From an uncultured Hymenobacter sp. (GTDB lineage: Bacteria; Bacteroidota; Bacteroidia; Cytophagales; Hymenobacteraceae), in the NCBI GenBank assembly GCA_964277755.1, contig CAXYJY010000043.1, positions 14,237 to 78,236 on the forward strand: DNA of 64,000 nucleotides. The letters run 5' to 3'. The notes under the pieces are model-generated. The model was not told the origin of the DNA. It saw only the letters and a program-made list of their open reading frames with translations, and ran no database searches. Positions 58,576 through 64,000 of the stretch are shown one piece after another; position 1 is the stretch's first letter; every line of letters begins with the position of its first letter. The position numbers were made by a program, and so were the translations under genes.

Positions 58576-59745
58576 ATGAAGCGCATGAAAAAAGTCGTCT
58601 TGTTATTGGCTCTGCTGCGCGCGGCCCTGGGGCTGGCCCAGGCGCAAGCTACCTCGTTTAAGACGGAGAACGTCATTCTGGTTACCATCGATGGGCTGCG
58701 CTGGCAGGAGGTGTTTGGTGGGGCCGACTCGGTGGCGCTGCGCCGCCGGCCCCGTGCCTTCAGCCTGCCCGTGCTGCGGGCAGCGGCCCCCACGCAGGCA
58801 GCCGCCCGGCGCCGGGCGCTGCTACCGTTTTTGTGGAGTGCTGTGGCTGCGCAGGGTCAGCTCTATGGTAGCCGCGCCTACGGCAACTACCTCAACGTGA
58901 CCAATAAGGCCTGCCTCTCGTACCCCGGCTACAACGAAATGCTGACCGGCTTCATCGCCGATAAAAGCATTCGCAACAACGCCTGTGTCTTCAACCCCAA
59001 CGCCACGGTGCTGGAGGTTATCGGCCGCCACCCGTCCTTTCGGCAGCAAGTGCAGGTGTACGGCTCCTGGCAGGCGTTTCCCTACATCCTGAACGCCCCG
59101 CGCAGCGGCCTGCCCGTGAATGCGGGCTGGCAGCCCGCCACCGGCCCCGGCCTCTCGGCCCGCGAGCTGGCCCTCAATGCGCAGCTCGGGGCCGTGCCCG
59201 CCGCCGCGCGCGGCCCCGAGCGCCCCGACTCGCTCACCTTCGGCTACGCTTTCGCGCAGCTCCGGCGCACGCACCCGCGGGTGCTGTACCTGGCGTTGGG
59301 CGACACCGACGAGTACGCCCACGCCGGCCAGTACGCGGCCTACGCGCAGGCTGCCCAGCGCGCCGACCAGTATCTGGCCCAGCTCTGGGCCTACGTGCAA
59401 AGCGACCCGCACTACCAAGGCAAAACCACGCTGCTCGTCACCACCGACCACGGCCGGGGCCGCAACGCCTGCGGCTTCTGGACGCAGCACAGCCGTTGGC
59501 TATCTGGCTCCGACCAAACTTGGCTGGCCGTGCTCGGCCCCGACACCCCGCCCACCGGCGAGCAGCGGGCCCCCGGCCAGCTCTACCAGCACCAATTGGC
59601 CCAAACCATCGCTACCCTGCTGGGTGTGCCGTACGCGCCCGGCAAGCCCACGGGCGCGCCCATCGAAGGTATTTTGGGCCGCCCGCCGCTGGCTGCGGCA
59701 GTTAGCGAGGCTGCCCCCGCTGCCAGCGTCGCGCCGCTGCGTTAG
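58576..59745 (+). CDS. Secreted alkaline-phosphatase-superfamily enzyme C, paralog of enzyme A
   Basis: ENVILVTIDGLRWQEVFGGAD, LSYPGYNE, DTDEYAH, TTDHGRG. Confidence 0.88.
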   Translation: MKRMKKVVLLLALLRAALGLAQAQATSFKTENVILVTIDGLRWQEVFGGADSVALRRRPRAFSLPVLRAAAPTQAAARRRALLPFLWSAVAAQGQLYGSRAYGNYLNVTNKACLSYPGYNEMLTGFIADKSIRNNACVFNPNATVLEVIGRHPSFRQQVQVYGSWQAFPYILNAPRSGLPVNAGWQPATGPGLSARELALNAQLGAVPAAARGPERPDSLTFGYAFAQLRRTHPRVLYLALGDTDEYAHAGQYAAYAQAAQRADQYLAQLWAYVQSDPHYQGKTTLLVTTDHGRGRNACGFWTQHSRWLSGSDQTWLAVLGPDTPPTGEQRAPGQLYQHQLAQTIATLLGVPYAPGKPTGAPIEGILGRPPLAAAVSEAAPAASVAPLR

Positions 59746-59782
59746 GCTGGGCAGCGGCGCGACGCTGGCTAAGATAGTTGTG

Positions 59783-60535
59783 CTACCCCTTGAAAACCAG
59801 CGCTGGGGCCAGCGCAGCTTGCAGCTGCTGGTGCAGCTCGACCAGCGAATCTAGCAGGCCATCATGAGGGTAGGCGGCTAGCTGCGCGTGGGTGTGGGTA
59901 CCGTTTACCAAACCCAGGCTGCGGGCGCAGCCGGCGCGGCGGCCCGATTCGAGGTCGGAAGGCGTGTCGCCCACGTTCCAGACTTGGCACGGGTCGGTGA
60001 TGCCAAATACCTGCATGGCCCGCTGAATCATGAGCGGGGCGGGGCGGCCCTCGGCCACCTCATCGCTGCTGATAGACACGTCGATAACCGAGTAGCGGTT
60101 GCCCCGGCGCTGGGCGTCGAGGTTCACGTCCCAGCCCAGGCGGTGCAGGATAATGTCTGTCACCTCGCGGTAAAAACCCGTGGTGAGCGCGATGCGGATG
60201 CCCTGGCTGCGGAGGTACGCGAACAACTCCAGGCAGCCCTCGGTAGGTAGCACCGGCTGGGTGCGGTAGTGGTTTTCCAGTACCTCCCGAAACACCTGGT
60301 ACGAGCGCTCGACGTGGGGCGTCAGCTCGGCCAGCGCAGTTGCGGCACCCAGCTGCTCGCGCCAGAACTGCTCAAACACGGCCCGCTTGGCCTGCCCCTG
60401 CACGGCCAGGATGCGAGCGGCCGAGGCCCGCAGGCCGGTAGCGACGGCGGCCTGGGCAAAGCAGGCCTCTACCTCGTGCGCGTCGCGCACGGTGGTACCG
60501 GCCATGTCGAAAATGATGAGTTGCGGTGCGTCCAT
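59783..60535 (-). CDS. Phosphonatase-like HAD hydrolase (PhnX-like)
   Basis: FDMAGTT (DxAGT), cap QGQAK lysine, TTGF, GRPAP, VGDTPSD. Confidence 0.87.
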   Translation of the reverse strand: MDAPQLIIFDMAGTTVRDAHEVEACFAQAAVATGLRASAARILAVQGQAKRAVFEQFWREQLGAATALAELTPHVERSYQVFREVLENHYRTQPVLPTEGCLELFAYLRSQGIRIALTTGFYREVTDIILHRLGWDVNLDAQRRGNRYSVIDVSISSDEVAEGRPAPLMIQRAMQVFGITDPCQVWNVGDTPSDLESGRRAGCARSLGLVNGTHTHAQLAAYPHDGLLDSLVELHQQLQAALAPALVFKG

Positions 60536-60549
60536 AAACTAAAACTTAC

Positions 60550-60568
60550 TGTTTACTAATAGGCAACA
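60550..60568. promoter_or_regulatory. Candidate operator, copy 2 (TGTTTACTAATAGGCAACA)
   Basis: Palindrome with 2 mismatched pairs; abuts TACATTTG -7 box (60567-60574, minus) of HAD gene; in divergent HAD/XRE region. Confidence 0.72.
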
Positions 60569-60646
60569 AATGTACACGCCAGTGCCAGCCCGACTTGTTG
60601 CCAGGGCAGCACCTTTGCGTTATGTTTTTGTGCCGAACTTGCCCGC

Positions 60647-61222
60647 ATGAAGCACGACAAGCTGAGTTTAATCGGCCTCCGCATCCTGGAGTTGCGCAAG
60701 GCTAAAAAGATGAGCTTGCGCGAACTGGCCAAGCGTAGCGGCCTGTCGGCCGGCCTGCTCTCCAAAATTGAGAACTTTCGCACTGTGCCCTCGCTCGGCG
60801 TGCTGGTCGAAATCGCCAACTCGCTGGAAGTCGACGTAGCGGTGCTGGTCAGGAACATCAACGGCAACCCGGCCGCGCCCTACCTGCTGGTGCGCGCCGG
60901 TGAGGGCCGCTCCGAGCAGCGCGAAGATTCTAAAGGCTTGCTCTATAAATATTTGCTTTCGCAAGACCTGGGTGCCTACACGCTGCGCGTGAATGAAGTC
61001 CACATCAGTCCGCAGACGTACCGCAAGCCGCTTTCTACCAATGCCCTCGAACTGCTGCACGTGCTGGAAGGCACGGTACAGTACGGTTTCAAGGACGAGG
61101 AAGTGACCCTGGGGCCCGGCGACACGCTGTACTTCGATGGGCTGGCCGCCCACTCGGTGCGCAACGCTACCGAGCAGCCTGCCCGGCTGTTTAAGGTGTA
61201 CCTGCTGCGCCCCACCGACTAA
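60647..61222 (+). CDS. XRE-family HTH regulator with cupin domain
   Basis: LRELAKRSGLSAGLLSKIEN...PSL; ELLHVLEG, GDTLYFDG, HSVRN. Confidence 0.92.
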   Translation: MKHDKLSLIGLRILELRKAKKMSLRELAKRSGLSAGLLSKIENFRTVPSLGVLVEIANSLEVDVAVLVRNINGNPAAPYLLVRAGEGRSEQREDSKGLLYKYLLSQDLGAYTLRVNEVHISPQTYRKPLSTNALELLHVLEGTVQYGFKDEEVTLGPGDTLYFDGLAAHSVRNATEQPARLFKVYLLRPTD

Positions 61223-61343
61223 AGTAACGCAACTAAGAGCCGGTGAGATGTTGTAAAAATAACGTAGCCGTAACGCTTAGTGCGTTTCATTGGCGGCAAC
61301 GACTAGTAGGTTTGTGTGGCGGTATCAATCAGCCCATTTGGCC

Positions 61344-62498
61344 ATGCACAATTCGTTTGATGTAATCATAGTGGGCGCGGGCGCGCTGGGGGCCTTTCAC
61401 GCCTATTTTGCCTTGCAAAAGGGCCTGCGGGTGCTGCTGCTTGAAAAAGATGCCCGCCCGATGGAAGCCACCGTGCGCAACTTCGGGCAGATTATCACCT
61501 CGGGCATGGCCGAGGGCGAGTGGTTCGACTACGCCCGCGTGAGCCTTGCCACGTACCAGAAAATTCAGGCTGAGTACGACATTTCTATTCGCCAGAACGG
61601 CTCGCTCTACCTGGCCTCGACGCTGCTCGAAATGCAGGTACTGGAAGAGAAGCACGCGCGATACCAAGCCATCAACTACCCCTCGCGGGTGCTCACGGCC
61701 GCGCAGTGCCAGCAGCGGCTGCCCGCCGTGCAAGCCAGCTACTGCGTGGGCGGCCTGCTGTTTGAGCAAGAGGTCACGGCCGAGCCCGACCAGTTGATTC
61801 ACCGCCTGTTGGCCTACCTGGTGGCCCGCTTTCAGCTCGACTACCGCCCCGCCACGCCGGTGCGCGAGGTGACGACCAGCGACGCGGGCGCTACCGTAAT
61901 TGACGCGCGTGGCCAGCGCTACACGGCCGCCCAGGTGCTGGTGTGCAACGGCCGCGACTGCCAGCTGCTCTTCCCCGATGTGTTCGCGCAGAGCGACTTG
62001 CAGCTCGTGAAGCTGCAAATGCTGGCTACCTACCCGCTGCCGCAGGTGCGGCTGCCAGGCTCGGTGCTCACGGGCCTGAGCTTGCGGCGCTACGCGGCCT
62101 TCAAGGCGTGCCCGTCGTTCGGCGCGCTAATGGCCGAGGACATGGCCCCCGACCTGCGCGAATGGGGCATTCACCTCCTGTTTAAGCAGGCCGTAGACGG
62201 CTCCATCATCATCGGCGATACCCACGAATACGCCGACTTGGCCCAAGCCGCTAACCTGGATTTCAACAACGCTGACCACCTCAACCAGCTGATGCTGCGC
62301 GAAGCCCGACGCATCGTGGACCTGCCCGACTGGCGCATGCAGCGCGCCTGGAATGGCTACTACACCCAGAGCAAGTCGGCCGAGGTATTTCGACATTCGC
62401 CCGACCCGCGCATCCACATTGTCACAGGCATCGGCGGCAAAGGCATGACGAGCGCCTGCGGCTTTGCGCAGCAGCACGCAGGGCAGCTATGGGGTTAG
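61344..62498 (+). CDS. FAD-dependent oxidoreductase, phosphonate-associated clade
   Basis: VGAGALG, ATVRNFGQI, KLQML, LTGLSLRRY, IIGDTHEY, GIGGKGMT. Confidence 0.87.
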   Translation: MHNSFDVIIVGAGALGAFHAYFALQKGLRVLLLEKDARPMEATVRNFGQIITSGMAEGEWFDYARVSLATYQKIQAEYDISIRQNGSLYLASTLLEMQVLEEKHARYQAINYPSRVLTAAQCQQRLPAVQASYCVGGLLFEQEVTAEPDQLIHRLLAYLVARFQLDYRPATPVREVTTSDAGATVIDARGQRYTAAQVLVCNGRDCQLLFPDVFAQSDLQLVKLQMLATYPLPQVRLPGSVLTGLSLRRYAAFKACPSFGALMAEDMAPDLREWGIHLLFKQAVDGSIIIGDTHEYADLAQAANLDFNNADHLNQLMLREARRIVDLPDWRMQRAWNGYYTQSKSAEVFRHSPDPRIHIVTGIGGKGMTSACGFAQQHAGQLWG

Positions 62499-62806
62499 AA
62501 GGCGTGAAACAGGGAGGCCAGTAGCAGCGGTAGCCAGCACAACTCACTCCGCTGCTGTGCGCAAGGCTAGTGCGAACCCGACCTGAGATGCGCAGCGACG
62601 GGGTAAGGTATAGTCGCTCACCTGAAGCGCACGGAAAGAAGGCACCGGCAGCGTGGCTAGCGGGGTGCACCCGCCGAGCTGCACAGCTACCCTTGGGGAG
62701 GCGTGGCCAAAGTTGCTGGCCAGCACCACGTACTTGCCGGGGGCAGTAGCGGCTACCAGCATGGGCAGTTGGTCAGCTTTATCGGCGCGGTATCCGATAG
62801 GAGCCG

Positions 62807-63295
62807 TTATAATCCCTCCGGCGTCAGGCCGGGGTAGCTAGCCAGGCCCGGGTGGTCGGCCGGCCGGCGGCCCAGAGGCCAATGAAACTGGCGGTCGGCT
62901 GCCGCGATGGCCACTTCGTTGATGCTGGCCTCGCGCCGCTGCATCAGGCCCTGCCCGTCAAACTCCCACTGCTCGTTGCCGTAGGCCCGAAACCACTGGC
63001 CCTGCGCATCGTGGTACTCGTACTGGAAGCGCACGGCAATGCGGTTGCCGTGAAAGGCCCACAGCTCCTTGATAAGCCGGTACTCCTGCTCCCGGTCCCA
63101 CTTGCGGGTAAGAAAAGCCTCGATGGCCGCCCGGCCCGTGAAAAAATCACTGCGGTTGCGCCACTGGCTGCCGGGGGTGTAGGCCAGGGCTATCTGGCTG
63201 GGGTCGCGGGAGTTCCAGGCGTCCTCCGCAGCGCGGGTCTTCTGGACGGCCGTCTCGAAGGTGAACGGGGGCAAGGGGGGGCGAACGTCGGGCAT
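62807..63295 (-). CDS. DUF1348 / NTF2-like protein
   Basis: [47 protein letters not shown]. Confidence 0.9.
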   Translation of the reverse strand: MPDVRPPLPPFTFETAVQKTRAAEDAWNSRDPSQIALAYTPGSQWRNRSDFFTGRAAIEAFLTRKWDREQEYRLIKELWAFHGNRIAVRFQYEYHDAQGQWFRAYGNEQWEFDGQGLMQRREASINEVAIAAADRQFHWPLGRRPADHPGLASYPGLTPEGL

Positions 63296-63346
63296 GTGAG
63301 CAAGGAAAGTGAGGGAGTACCGTCGAAATCTCGGCGGCGAACAAAA

Positions 63347-63368
63347 GTAGATAAACCGGTCAGTATAC
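63347..63368. promoter_or_regulatory. Possible TetR operator in divergent intergenic region
   Basis: Imperfect palindrome GTAGATAAACCGGTCAGTATAC; TACTTTTG -7 box at 63382. Confidence 0.45.
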
Positions 63369-63415
63369 TCCAAGTCTAGTGTACTTTTGCGGCCGGGGCT
63401 ACTACTGCTTTTCGT

Positions 63416-64000
63416 ATGTCTGTCTTTTCGTTTCCCGGGATTGCGCCGGGCAAATCGGCGGCTCGCCAGCGCATTTTGGCTGCCGCGCACCACTTATTTT
63501 ATACCCAGGGCATTCGGGCCACGGGCATTGAGGAGTTGCTCACGGTGGCCAACGTGGCCCGCATGTCGTTCTACAAGCATTTTCCTTCCAAGCAGGCCTT
63601 GGTACTGGCCTTTCTGCAGGAGCGGCATCAGCACTGGCAGCAGCAGCTGGAGCAGCAAGCCAAGGCGCGGGCCCACACACCGGGCGGCGAGCTGCGTGCC
63701 GTATTCGAGGTGCTGGCGGCGTGGTTTGCGGAGGATGGCTTTCGAGGTTGTGCGTTTATCAACACCGTTTTAGAAACGGCCGACCCGCATACGCAGGAGC
63801 ACCACTTGGCACGGGCGCACAAGCAAGTGCTACGGGAATATCTGGCGGGCCTGTTGCGAGCCACGCAGTTTCCGGACCCCGACCACGGGGCCGCCCTGTT
63901 GCTGCTGCTCATCGATGGGGCCATCGTACGTGCCCAGCTAGGCGACGGCCCGGCGGCGGCTCGGCAGGCACAAGCCTTGGCCGCGCTGGTGCTGGCCGGC
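63416..64000 (+). CDS. TetR/AcrR family regulator, 3'-truncated by window edge (absent from ORF track)
   Basis: [25 protein letters not shown]...[16 protein letters not shown]; FRGCAFIN. Confidence 0.92.
   Translation, partial: MSVFSFPGIAPGKSAARQRILAAAHHLFYTQGIRATGIEELLTVANVARMSFYKHFPSKQALVLAFLQERHQHWQQQLEQQAKARAHTPGGELRAVFEVLAAWFAEDGFRGCAFINTVLETADPHTQEHHLARAHKQVLREYLAGLLRATQFPDPDHGAALLLLLIDGAIVRAQLGDGPAAARQAQALAALVLAG

Noticed and set aside
62544-62810. Short minus-strand ORF (…GKYVVLASNF…) that might be a remnant of a hydrolase C-terminus
   Set aside because: Too short and degenerate to assign without a translated search

Overview
High-GC Bacteroidota chromosomal segment, most likely Hymenobacter-like. 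This is inferred from T9SS porU/porV, SusC/SusD, TAnnTTTG promoter boxes, AT-rich Shine-Dalgarno-less starts and dense palindromic repeats. Housekeeping genes (dtd, eno, ftsB-like, ferredoxins/FNR, iscX, ccmB-C-D-E-F, pssA, porU-porV, M16 peptidase) are interleaved with three accessory systems. (1) 4.2-15.2 kb: a TPR sensor kinase plus LytTR regulator, divergent from four tandem paralogous secreted 7-bladed beta-propeller proteins with fibre-like termini and one T9SS cargo protein. (2) 15.4-17.5 kb: a T9SS-secreted CxxCH cytochrome/copper type II monooxygenase-like protein paired with a redoxin. (3) 48.5-62.5 kb: a SusC/SusD locus with three alkaline-phosphatase-superfamily enzymes, an OPA-family MFS transporter, a PhnZ-like HD oxygenase, a phosphonatase-like HAD hydrolase, a FAD amine oxidoreductase and an XRE-cupin regulator. 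A shared 19-bp palindromic operator lies at both ends of this locus, which looks like a PUL-style phosphonate/organophosphorus utilisation locus and is the strongest candidate for an undescribed system. At least 13 REP/REPIN-like inverted doublets and several heptamer-repeat hairpins are present, and some contribute start, stop or signal-peptide codons to genes. No rRNA, tRNA, CRISPR array, transposase or integrase was seen. Family assignments are from motif recognition by eye, not from database searches.
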